A stretch of 64,000 nt of DNA, from positions 224,001 through 288,000 of the forward strand of contig JAIPGM010000001.1 of the NCBI GenBank assembly GCA_021735655.1, in the 5' to 3' direction. The translations under genes were made by a program, and so were the position numbers. Positions 1 to 7,796 of this stretch are shown in pieces. The DNA comes from Candidatus Omnitrophota bacterium (GTDB lineage Bacteria; Omnitrophota; Gorgyraeia; Duberdicusellales; 4484-171). The notes under the pieces were generated by a model, which was given only the letters and a program-made list of their open reading frames with translations, was not told the DNA's origin and did no database searches. The stretch's first letter is position 1, and each line of letters begins with the position of its first letter.

Positions 1-1
1 G

Positions 2-991
2 AAGCTAAACTTAGATAATCTGCATTCCCGGTTAACTTACCCGGCTAACTTAGCAAAAGAGCTGCTTAAGTTTAAGCCGGATAGTCAAATAGAGTCATTC
101 ATTCAGAGAGGTAAGCCTTATATTAGAGGGGCTTTGTCTTATAAATTACGCTACGATAGTTTGTATTGCCAATGGGCTAAATATCTTCTTAAACGTTTTC
201 CTCAGCCTGATTTTTTTGCCCTTTCTTTGCATGAAATACATTCCTTGTCACATCTTTTCTGGGATTGCCTGCCTCTGGCCAAGAAAAGATTTAAGGGCGC
301 GGTTCATCGGCGTCGACAAAAAAAGTATGGCGGGATAATTGAGGATTATTATCGTTACATTGATAAAAATATTGGCGAAGTATTGAAACTGAGCGATAGT
401 GATTCTACGGTTATGATTCTTTCTCACTACGGCATGGTCGATTCACGAATATTTAAGAAGTACATATTTATGGATAAAATTTATCATAAATTAAATTTTT
501 TCTTTTATGATGACGGTATTGATTGGGATCGAACCAGCGTGTATGATAATGTTAATCCTTGGGGTATATACGCTGTACGAAAGGGTTTTATCCGCGGACG
601 CAACCCCCAAAAAATATTTTTATCTTTAAGCAGGAAAATGAAAAAGATAATCACCAATAAAGGTGAGCCTTTGTTTTTGGATATATCATTTGAAAAACAA
701 GATAATTCATTTAAAGTAGTGCCGAATTACAAGGCCATAAACTATTCGACAAAGATATTAATCAAGGGCGAGGAGATACCAGTAAAGGAGTTAGTAGATT
801 TTAAACCGCATTATTCTATACATAATCCTGAAGGGGTTTTCATTGTCTCAAGTCGCAAGAGACAATCTTTAAAGGTTATCAAGGATAAAGTTGATTTTTT
901 GGACATTTTGCCTACGATTTTTTCCTTTTATGGGATAAAAAAAGATCCTAAAATGTCCGGTGAGGTATTTGTAGACAGAAAAAGGAGGTAA
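2..991 (+). CDS. Alkaline phosphatase superfamily protein (type I phosphodiesterase/sulfatase-like), C-terminal part; 5' end lies outside the window
   Basis: The reading frame is open from nt 2 to the stop at 989-991 with no in-frame stop upstream. The ORF track begins at a TTG at 134. The 'VMILSHYGMVD' segment resembles the conserved SDHG metal-site region of the alkaline phosphatase superfamily. Confidence 0.4.
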   Translation, partial: KLNLDNLHSRLTYPANLAKELLKFKPDSQIESFIQRGKPYIRGALSYKLRYDSLYCQWAKYLLKRFPQPDFFALSLHEIHSLSHLFWDCLPLAKKRFKGAVHRRRQKKYGGIIEDYYRYIDKNIGEVLKLSDSDSTVMILSHYGMVDSRIFKKYIFMDKIYHKLNFFFYDDGIDWDRTSVYDNVNPWGIYAVRKGFIRGRNPQKIFLSLSRKMKKIITNKGEPLFLDISFEKQDNSFKVVPNYKAINYSTKILIKGEEIPVKELVDFKPHYSIHNPEGVFIVSSRKRQSLKVIKDKVDFLDILPTIFSFYGIKKDPKMSGEVFVDRKRR

Positions 992-994
992 GTT

Positions 995-1288
995 ATGAAA
1001 GCCGACCAGTTAAAGGGCAAGTGCATGACTATTAACGAAGAAATTATTTCTTGGCGAGAGATCGACAAAGAGGTAGTATTTCTTAATAAACAGGAAAAAA
1101 GTTTTTACGAATTAAACAAAACAGCTGAGATCATTTGGCGCCAGTTAGCCAAAGGCGGTAAACTGACTCAGGTAATTTCTCAGGTTCAAAAGAAATATAA
1201 GAAAGTAGGTAAGCAAGACATAGAAAGAGATGTAATTGCTTTTATTGCAGATGGAATTAAGAAAAAAATATTTATTGTTAATAAATAA
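995..1288 (+). CDS. PqqD-family RiPP recognition element (peptide chaperone)
   Basis: 97 aa. The stretch 'FYELNKTAEIIWRQL...KKY...ERDVIAFI' matches the PqqD signature (LNxT..IW..L...Y...ErDv..F). AGGAGG lies 8 nt upstream of the ATG. The stop overlaps the next start as TAATG. Confidence 0.8.
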   Translation: MKADQLKGKCMTINEEIISWREIDKEVVFLNKQEKSFYELNKTAEIIWRQLAKGGKLTQVISQVQKKYKKVGKQDIERDVIAFIADGIKKKIFIVNK

Positions 1289-2442
1289 TGGCTAAGAAAA
1301 AACATTTTCTTCAAAATCCATTTTTTATTATCCAATGGCATATAACTGAACGCTGTAATTGGCAGTGTAAGCATTGCTATCAGGACAAGGCGCCGGTGCC
1401 TGAACTGCCTTTTGGCAAGCTAGAAGGGGTTCTTGGCCAATGTATGGAACTGTTTAAGACTCTAAACGTTCCCGCTAAGCAAGCTTACATGCATATAGGG
1501 GGAGGAGAGCCTTTCTTGCGGAAGGATTTTTTTAAATTCTTAAAGTTGCTGAGCGTGCATAATGATTATTTAAGAATTCAGATAATGACTAACGGCTCAT
1601 TACTTACGCAGTCGGTAGTTAAAGAATTAAAAAGAATGAAGGTGAACGCAGTGCAGGTTAGCTTAGAAGGATTTGAGCAAACTAATGATCAAATAAGAGG
1701 TCCGGGAAGTTTTAATAAGGCTTTGCGGGCTATAGAGTTGCTGATAAAGAACAAAATTTCCACCAGAGTTTCGCTTACCTTGACCAGGATGAATTTAAAC
1801 GAAATAGATGATTTAGCTGTGTATCTTAAAAGCCTCGGGGTCAGGTCTTTTGGAATCCGCAGATACTTTCCTGAAGGAGAAGGTGGGCAGCTGAAGGAGT
1901 TCATGCTTTCGCCTTTAGAAATGAAAGAGTATTATCTTAGGCGTGAGGCTTTGAAGAAAAAATTAGATGTACCGGGAAAATTTTGGGTTTCTAAAGTTTG
2001 TGAAGATGCATGCTATCTAAGCAGTCAGGATCAGTCTTGTCCAAGCTGCGGTATTACTAGAGGATGTCATCTAAATATTTTTACCAACGGCGACATTCTC
2101 GCCTGTAGGCGTTGTCCGATAGTAGTTGGTAATGTATTAAAGGATAGGTTGCTTGATGTTTACTTTTCTTCCGATACCTTGTGGGCTTTGCGGAATTTAG
2201 ATAATGTCAATCCAGAATGTAGGAAATGCACCTATTTCGATAGATGCCTCGGTGGTGCTAAGTGCGAGTCTTATTCTTATTTTAATAATCCATTTGCTCC
2301 TGATCCCCAATGTTTTAGGTTATTTACCGATCTCCCGGATCCACAGAGATATAATAGGCAGGCAGAGAAAATGGAAGTACAAAAGGTTAGTGCTTTTAAG
2401 GGAGAAAAAAAGTTTACGGATGAGATTGAAGATGTGATATAA
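1288..2442 (+). CDS. Radical SAM/SPASM-domain peptide-modifying enzyme
   Basis: CNWQCKHC is a CX3CX2C motif and a GGGEPFLR glycine-rich motif follows. The C-terminal half carries many extra Cys (CPSCGITRGC...CRRC...CRKCTYFDRCLGGAKC) typical of SPASM auxiliary clusters. It is translationally coupled to the PqqD-like gene. Confidence 0.85.
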   Translation: MAKKKHFLQNPFFIIQWHITERCNWQCKHCYQDKAPVPELPFGKLEGVLGQCMELFKTLNVPAKQAYMHIGGGEPFLRKDFFKFLKLLSVHNDYLRIQIMTNGSLLTQSVVKELKRMKVNAVQVSLEGFEQTNDQIRGPGSFNKALRAIELLIKNKISTRVSLTLTRMNLNEIDDLAVYLKSLGVRSFGIRRYFPEGEGGQLKEFMLSPLEMKEYYLRREALKKKLDVPGKFWVSKVCEDACYLSSQDQSCPSCGITRGCHLNIFTNGDILACRRCPIVVGNVLKDRLLDVYFSSDTLWALRNLDNVNPECRKCTYFDRCLGGAKCESYSYFNNPFAPDPQCFRLFTDLPDPQRYNRQAEKMEVQKVSAFKGEKKFTDEIEDVI

Positions 2443-2479
2443 TTATAGTGATAATATTATAGTAGACAGGAGATTAGCT

Positions 2480-2653
2480 ATGGTTAGCCATTCGAAAAAG
2501 AAAAAAGAGAAAAACCAAGACAAAATTGCCTCTTCAGTTGCTGCGTACGAAAAACCTAAGTTTAAAAAAATTAAACTGCTCGATCCCAAAGAGGCAGGCA
2601 TTGCCGGAACTACGGCTGGCTGCGGCTGCTGCGGTTGTTGCTGTTGTTGGTAA
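2480..2653 (+). CDS. Candidate RiPP precursor peptide (57 aa) with a Lys-rich leader and a Cys-rich C-terminal core
   Basis: Not in the ORF track (below 60 aa). AGGAG sits 8 nt upstream of the ATG at 2480. The translation is MVSHSKKKKEKNQDKIASSVAAYEKPKFKKIKLLDPKEAGIAGTTAGCGCCGCCCCW*. It lies directly downstream of the PqqD plus rSAM/SPASM pair. Confidence 0.6.
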   Translation: MVSHSKKKKEKNQDKIASSVAAYEKPKFKKIKLLDPKEAGIAGTTAGCGCCGCCCCW

Positions 2654-2668
2654 TTTTCTAACTTTTGT

Positions 2669-3559
2669 ATGAGTAAATACTACAATGTAGGTTACCCTCT
2701 TGCAGGAGATTGTCGTGGAGTTATCCAAATACGTACTAAAAGTAAATACCTGTGGGACCTCTTGTGTGGTAAATATGCTATGCTTTTTGGCCGTAAGGCC
2801 TTAAGTGGAAACAATGCTATCCGACGAGATTTTTTCATAGATTTTAATTTTATCTCTGATTATCAAGGTTTAGCCAAAAAAAACAAATCTAAATCTTTAG
2901 ATTTTTCTTGCCAGTTTGATAAAAAGTCAATAATTTATAACTTGGTTACCCCTAGGGGGTCCTCATTGGAAATAAACTATTTTAAGCGTTACGCCCAAGT
3001 GGGCTTGATTGAAAAAGATCCGATGATAACTTACTTTGTTGACAGGATGATTCTTTTTACCTATTCGTTAGCTAGAATGTTTATGGTCCATGGTGCTTGG
3101 GTAAAAAGAGGTAAATCTTCATTTTTTCTCATTGGTCGCAGTGGGGTAGGTAAAACAACCATAAGTTCTTTGTTAACCAATCAAAGTAAAGATTACAAAC
3201 TTATGGATGATGACAGTCCGTTTATTTTTCAGGCTGATGACACTTTGTTTGCTGCCTCCAGAGATCAGCGGCTAGTTGAATATTCACCAAATTATTTGTT
3301 TTTTATATCGAAGAAACCGCGCTTAAAGAGTGAAGCCTGCCCTTTAAGTTCTAAAGAGTCATTTAAGAGGTTAATTGAACACTCAGACGTAATTTTTAGA
3401 AAAAATGACCCGATGACCGATTATCGTTTGGATGTCTTAAGGAAATTGGCAATGCGTTGTAAATCATATCTATTGATTAACGGCAAAGATTTGATTGGTA
3501 GCAAAGTTTTGGCTTCTACTTTATTTAATGGTATTATCAAAAGGAGAAAAAATGCGTAG
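2669..3559 (+). CDS. HPr kinase-related P-loop kinase (HprK C-terminal-domain-like)
   Basis: 'HGAWVKRGKSSFFLIGRSGVGKTT' matches the HprK C-domain pattern hG..v...g.GvLi.G.SGvGKSe, which is a Walker A motif. Confidence 0.55.
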   Translation: MSKYYNVGYPLAGDCRGVIQIRTKSKYLWDLLCGKYAMLFGRKALSGNNAIRRDFFIDFNFISDYQGLAKKNKSKSLDFSCQFDKKSIIYNLVTPRGSSLEINYFKRYAQVGLIEKDPMITYFVDRMILFTYSLARMFMVHGAWVKRGKSSFFLIGRSGVGKTTISSLLTNQSKDYKLMDDDSPFIFQADDTLFAASRDQRLVEYSPNYLFFISKKPRLKSEACPLSSKESFKRLIEHSDVIFRKNDPMTDYRLDVLRKLAMRCKSYLLINGKDLIGSKVLASTLFNGIIKRRKNA

Positions 3560-4277
3560 TAAAATTATGTTTTATTTAGGGTTAGCGGTATTTAGTATGC
3601 TTGTTAATATAACAGTGTTCGGTGCAGATATTTCATATCAGGATTTGGTTCAGAGTGCTAAAGATAATTTTGCTTACCAGGTTTCAAATATAAAAAGTAT
3701 TGAGTATAAAGTAGTGGTTTCTGATATTGATGCTGAAACTATTTTATATATAGATGTTTGGGCGAAGTCCCCGGGGAGAGTTAAGGTGAAGCGTTTGGAT
3801 GTTCGTCCTGAGGCAAGCGATGATGGTGAATTCATTTTTGATAAAGGCAAAAGTTGGTCTAATTCTTCGATGGTTCCGGTAGAGATGTATATGGGGATGG
3901 TCGAGCAAGCTTTGTCTGGTGACCTAAGAGGTGGGGCGGTTCTAGAAGAGGAGAGCGGCCTAAGAGAAGTTTCTGGTACAACATATGCAGTAGCTACTTT
4001 ATTGTTTTTCGGAAAGTGTAAGGTAAAGGCATATTATAAGATACCTGATTCCCGCCGACCGGATAAATACGAAGTATTTTTGCTTCAGGGAGATAATTGG
4101 AACAAGTTAATGGATCTAAAACCACAGGATTACCAGGAGGTTGAAGGATCAGTATTTCCCCGCAGGACTGTCCAAACTCTTTATGAGCCCGAAGGCCAAG
4201 AGGAAAGGGTTATGGAGTTTTACAAAATAAAGGTTAATCAGGAAATAGATGACAGTATTTTTCAGATTCCTCAATAA
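3552..4277 (+). CDS. Exported hypothetical protein (N-terminal signal peptide)
   Basis: AAGGAG lies 5 nt upstream of the ATG at 3552. The N-terminus is MRSKIMFYLGLAVFSMLVNITVFGA. The ORF track gives a longer ORF from 3495. Confidence 0.5.
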   Translation: MRSKIMFYLGLAVFSMLVNITVFGADISYQDLVQSAKDNFAYQVSNIKSIEYKVVVSDIDAETILYIDVWAKSPGRVKVKRLDVRPEASDDGEFIFDKGKSWSNSSMVPVEMYMGMVEQALSGDLRGGAVLEEESGLREVSGTTYAVATLLFFGKCKVKAYYKIPDSRRPDKYEVFLLQGDNWNKLMDLKPQDYQEVEGSVFPRRTVQTLYEPEGQEERVMEFYKIKVNQEIDDSIFQIPQ

Positions 4278-4345
4278 ATTTTCTTAACTGCATAGATAGG
4301 ATTTTGTTTATAGCATTATCCTTTTTTTACGTCTTGCCTTTTAAA

Positions 4346-5149
4346 ATGAAGAAAAACTATACAGTATCATTTATCGAAAGCGACAGTATGTGGCCGGTCT
4401 TGAGGCCTTCAGATAAGGTATTGATTAAGGCAGTATCTTCTGCTTCGTTAAGAGTAGGAGATATTATTGTTTATCGGAAAAAAGAATTTTCGGTTGCCCA
4501 CCGGATTGTCCGAGTAGTTAATAATAAGGGGTTTTCCACTTATTGGACCAGAGGTGACTTTAATTATAAGCTCGATCAGGTTTCTACTGAAAATATAATT
4601 GGTAAAATAGCTGGAGTTTATCGTGATGGCCACCTAAAGCCAGTAAGAGGTCCTGGGTGCTGCTGGCTGTTTTTTATTGTGTTTTTAGGGAAAGAGGCTT
4701 CAACCAGGGTTTTGGAAGGAATATATTCTCTTGGGTTTTTTCGTAGTTGGATTAAAAGATTGTTTCCTTTAAAGGTTTCTTATGTCGTGGTGGGGGACAT
4801 AAAAAGCAATGATGATTTTAAAAGCTTTTATCATCGGTCATTTGATTCTTTATGTGAAGGTGGAACTCAGACAGGAATTATGGCTTTGTTTAAGGGTAAG
4901 CCCATAGGTAAACTTTGGATTTTAATTGACAAAGAAGGCAGCTTTTTTTTCTATGGTCCTTATGTAAGGTTGCTTTACCGTGTGAGGGGAGTTGCTGGAG
5001 GATTGATTAAGCAAGCTGTGTGCTATCTTGAAGGCTCTGGTTTAAAAAGGTCTAAAGTGTATGCTTTTACAGGAGGTAGCCGAATCCTGCTCAACTGCTT
5101 TAGCCGAGAGGAAATAGAAGCTAGAGGAGATTTTCCAGATAAACTTTAG
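4346..5149 (+). CDS. Signal peptidase I (S26)-like domain fused to a C-terminal GNAT-like domain
   Basis: 'SDSMWPVLRPSDKVLIK...GDIIVYRK...AHRIVRV' resembles the S26 SM(x)P...GD...KR(v) blocks. The C-terminal 'LLYRVRGVAGGLIKQAV' fits GNAT motif A (R/Q-x-x-G-x-G/A). The ORF track starts at a TTG at 4304. ATG 4346 is preferred. Confidence 0.5.
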   Translation: MKKNYTVSFIESDSMWPVLRPSDKVLIKAVSSASLRVGDIIVYRKKEFSVAHRIVRVVNNKGFSTYWTRGDFNYKLDQVSTENIIGKIAGVYRDGHLKPVRGPGCCWLFFIVFLGKEASTRVLEGIYSLGFFRSWIKRLFPLKVSYVVVGDIKSNDDFKSFYHRSFDSLCEGGTQTGIMALFKGKPIGKLWILIDKEGSFFFYGPYVRLLYRVRGVAGGLIKQAVCYLEGSGLKRSKVYAFTGGSRILLNCFSREEIEARGDFPDKL

Positions 5150-5160
5150 AAGAATTAAAA

Positions 5161-6594
5161 ATGGAACAATTTGACTGTGTTTTAATCCATCATTCCGGGC
5201 CGGGCCCTAATGCTAAGCATATTGCTCCTAATGTCTCGATGGGTGTATTTGCTTTGGCAGATATTTTGCAGAGAAACGGCTACAGGACTGAAATAATTCA
5301 TTTAGGCATAGAAGAATATCTTGATAATAGTTTTTCTTTGGCCAGATATTTAAGAGTTAAAAAGCCATTATTGGTTGGAGTTACTTTGCATTGGCATTTA
5401 CAATGCTCTAAAACCGTAGGCTTAGTTAGAAGTATAAAAAAAATAGTTCCTGGCGTTAAAGTTATTTTAGGAGGTTATACGGCAAGCTTTTTTGCCGATC
5501 AAATAATGCCTGAAGTTAAGGAAGTTGATTTTATTATTAGAGGTGATGCTGAGAAACCTCTGCTGGAGTTGATGCGACAGTTAAAAGACGGCCATTTTGA
5601 CTTAAGTTCTGTGCCGAATCTTACTTGGCGTAGAGCCAAAAAGGTAATACATAACAAGCAGAGTTATGTAGCAAAAAAGGAGGATCTTGATCAGTTAAAT
5701 TTCTCTAATTTTAAACTTATGAAAAATAGTCAGTTTTATTTAGGTTCATTAGCTAAAATTTACCAGTCAGTGCAGGATACAGAAACATACAATCTTCTTA
5801 AACTGAATCCTTTTTATCTTTCTGTTGGTCGAGGCTGTCGGTTTAATTGTCTGTTTTGCGGTGGATCGGCAATGGCGCAGAAATTAATTAACAACCGAAA
5901 TAATTTAGTTTTTCGTTCTTCCAAAAAAGTCATCTCTACCATTAAAGACGCTTTTCGAGAAGGAGTAGATACTTTTTGTATTTGTTTTGATCCTAATCTT
6001 GACAAATCTTATTATTTTGATTTATTTCAGTCTATCCGCAAAAATAGAATAAAAATTTCAATGATGTTTGATTGTTGGTCTTTGCCATCATTTGAGTTCA
6101 TTGATGCATTTGCTAAGACTTTTCAAGATGGAAAACATAGTAGCTTAGCCTTATCTCCAGAAACCGGTTCTGAGCGCTTACGAAAAAAGTATAAAGGTTC
6201 ATTCCATACTAACCAGGAATACTTTGAGGTATTTCGTTATTTACGGGCAAAAGGCATAAAATGTGTTGTGCAGTTTGGCTATATATTTCCGGGTGAAAGC
6301 ATGGTAGATTTTAAGAAGACTAGTGACTTCATTGAAACCACCAATGAAATTTTTAAAGGACGAGTGCTTGTAATTATAAATAAATGCGTGATTGACCCGG
6401 CTTCTTTGTTTTATATGTTTCCGAAAAAGTATAAAATAACCAGAAAAGCGGTTAGCTTCTCTGATTATTGTAGATTAGATCCCTGGAAGAGCTATTCTTT
6501 TTTTCCCGCCCAGCAAAAGAAAATGAAAGCTGTTTTAAAGATGTGGCAAAAGGTTGAGGCTCTTCAGTTATTGGATATTGCTGATCCGATCTGA
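5161..6594 (+). CDS. B12-binding-domain radical SAM enzyme (class B rSAM)
   Basis: The N-terminal region looks like a cobalamin-binding Rossmann domain (VKVILGGYTAS...DFIIRGDAE). This is followed by 'LSVGRGCRFNCLFCGG', which carries CX3CX2C. Confidence 0.8.
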   Translation: MEQFDCVLIHHSGPGPNAKHIAPNVSMGVFALADILQRNGYRTEIIHLGIEEYLDNSFSLARYLRVKKPLLVGVTLHWHLQCSKTVGLVRSIKKIVPGVKVILGGYTASFFADQIMPEVKEVDFIIRGDAEKPLLELMRQLKDGHFDLSSVPNLTWRRAKKVIHNKQSYVAKKEDLDQLNFSNFKLMKNSQFYLGSLAKIYQSVQDTETYNLLKLNPFYLSVGRGCRFNCLFCGGSAMAQKLINNRNNLVFRSSKKVISTIKDAFREGVDTFCICFDPNLDKSYYFDLFQSIRKNRIKISMMFDCWSLPSFEFIDAFAKTFQDGKHSSLALSPETGSERLRKKYKGSFHTNQEYFEVFRYLRAKGIKCVVQFGYIFPGESMVDFKKTSDFIETTNEIFKGRVLVIINKCVIDPASLFYMFPKKYKITRKAVSFSDYCRLDPWKSYSFFPAQQKKMKAVLKMWQKVEALQLLDIADPI

Positions 6595-6613
6595 CCGCGT
6601 TTTAAAGGCGCTT

Positions 6614-7774
6614 TTAAAAAATCATCTTGAAAATGTGTTTTATAAGTCTATAGGGTATATAGAAAATTCTTAGGTGGTATTTTCTAGCTGTTGTTACACA
6701 ACGTTGGGGCAGAGAATAATACTTAGCAAATTGTTCCTGTGGTACGGTTAAAATGTATTTTAAGGGGTAGCTTATGGTGTCGTAATAGATAAATTGACAG
6801 AGGGTGTAGATATAAGGTAGATTTTCCATTCTTACTGGGGTGTAGGTAAAGCGCTGCACGATAGAAGATATTAAATATTTTTGCCAACCAGGCACTTTAA
6901 GTTTTTTCAGGAAAAATTTAAGGTCGACATCCAAAACGAATTGCATTTGATATAATAGAAGGTAGAGGCTTGCTTTGGCTTTTTCTTGTTCAGCTGCCTT
7001 TAAGATATATTCCCAGTTAAGATTTTCCTCTTTTAGGATAATCCCCAAGTCACAAATGTATTTTAAATTAAGTATTTTTCCGAACCGTCGCTGATGTAAG
7101 GCAAGGCTTAGAATAGTGTCTTCGGCGCTTAAAGCTCTAAAGGAGTATCCTGGGCCTTGGATTAGGCGCAGGCGATTCCATGCATCAGGCAATACTTTTT
7201 GCTTAAAGCGATTGCAATCTAAAGCCCAGTGCAGTTCGACTAGTGTAGCTTGGCCATTAGTTTCTTTAGTGAAAGAGAGGTGACATTGGTGCTTTCGCCA
7301 GTAAGCTTCGTCAGATCCGAGAAATTCCTTTTTATAGCCCATGGCCAGAAGAAGAAAAGTTGCTTTTTCAAAGTTTTTTTCAGTGGTGAACAGGTCTATG
7401 TCTGATGAAGGACGTATCCCAAAATGCTTGTAGTATTTATCAGGCAAAGAAAAGCCCTTAATCGGAATAATTAGGGTATCGGATTTTTCCGCTTCTTTGA
7501 GTATATTTGATAATTCAATACATAGATTTTCATGGTTAAAAATTTTTAAGCAATAAAACTTTTTATAAAGTTGTTCAAAGCCTTTCGGTATCGGGTATGA
7601 ATTTTCTTTAAGTATAACCTGAAGAAAGTGAGGTAGCTCATGGTAAAAAATAGCATAACCTAGGTTTTTTCCGTGTATGTTTTCTGCTTTGAGGCTTTTT
7701 AGGAGTAGATCACGTTGGTTTCCATAGACTATTTCCTTCGCTAGGTATTTGATTATTTTTTCTTCAGTTTTCAT
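6614..7774 (-). CDS. Nucleotidyltransferase-fold protein (NTP_transf_5/PF14907-like)
   Basis: 'GFSLPDKYYKHFGIRPSSDIDLFT' fits the nucleotidyltransferase motif hG[GS]...DhDh. The start was chosen at CAT 7772-7774 (MKTEEKII...) to avoid an 86-nt overlap. The ORF track extends it to 7882. Confidence 0.5.
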   Translation of the reverse strand: MKTEEKIIKYLAKEIVYGNQRDLLLKSLKAENIHGKNLGYAIFYHELPHFLQVILKENSYPIPKGFEQLYKKFYCLKIFNHENLCIELSNILKEAEKSDTLIIPIKGFSLPDKYYKHFGIRPSSDIDLFTTEKNFEKATFLLLAMGYKKEFLGSDEAYWRKHQCHLSFTKETNGQATLVELHWALDCNRFKQKVLPDAWNRLRLIQGPGYSFRALSAEDTILSLALHQRRFGKILNLKYICDLGIILKEENLNWEYILKAAEQEKAKASLYLLLYQMQFVLDVDLKFFLKKLKVPGWQKYLISSIVQRFTYTPVRMENLPYIYTLCQFIYYDTISYPLKYILTVPQEQFAKYYSLPQRCVTTARKYHLRIFYIPYRLIKHIFKMIF

Positions 7775-7796
7775 CTTGTAGTAATTAAACTTAGTA

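Noticed and set aside
1186-1374. Short antisense ORFs nested within the large + strand genes. The 1186-1374(-) ORF is one example. The track lists many others, including 1689-1904(-), 4448-4633(-), 5814-6005(-), 8041-8256(+), 9866-10102(-), 21144-21347(-), 30155-30397(-), 31926-32279(-) and 58647-58943(-).
   Set aside because: Each is fully embedded in or opposite a gene with strong family-level motifs. They have AT-rich low-complexity translations and no RBS, so they are treated as chance ORFs.
6595-6613. Possible bidirectional terminator hairpin between the convergent 5161 and 6614 genes (…aaaggcgctttt…).
   Set aside because: The apparent palindrome AAAGGCGCTTT is not self-complementary on checking and no stable stem could be drawn in the 19-nt gap.
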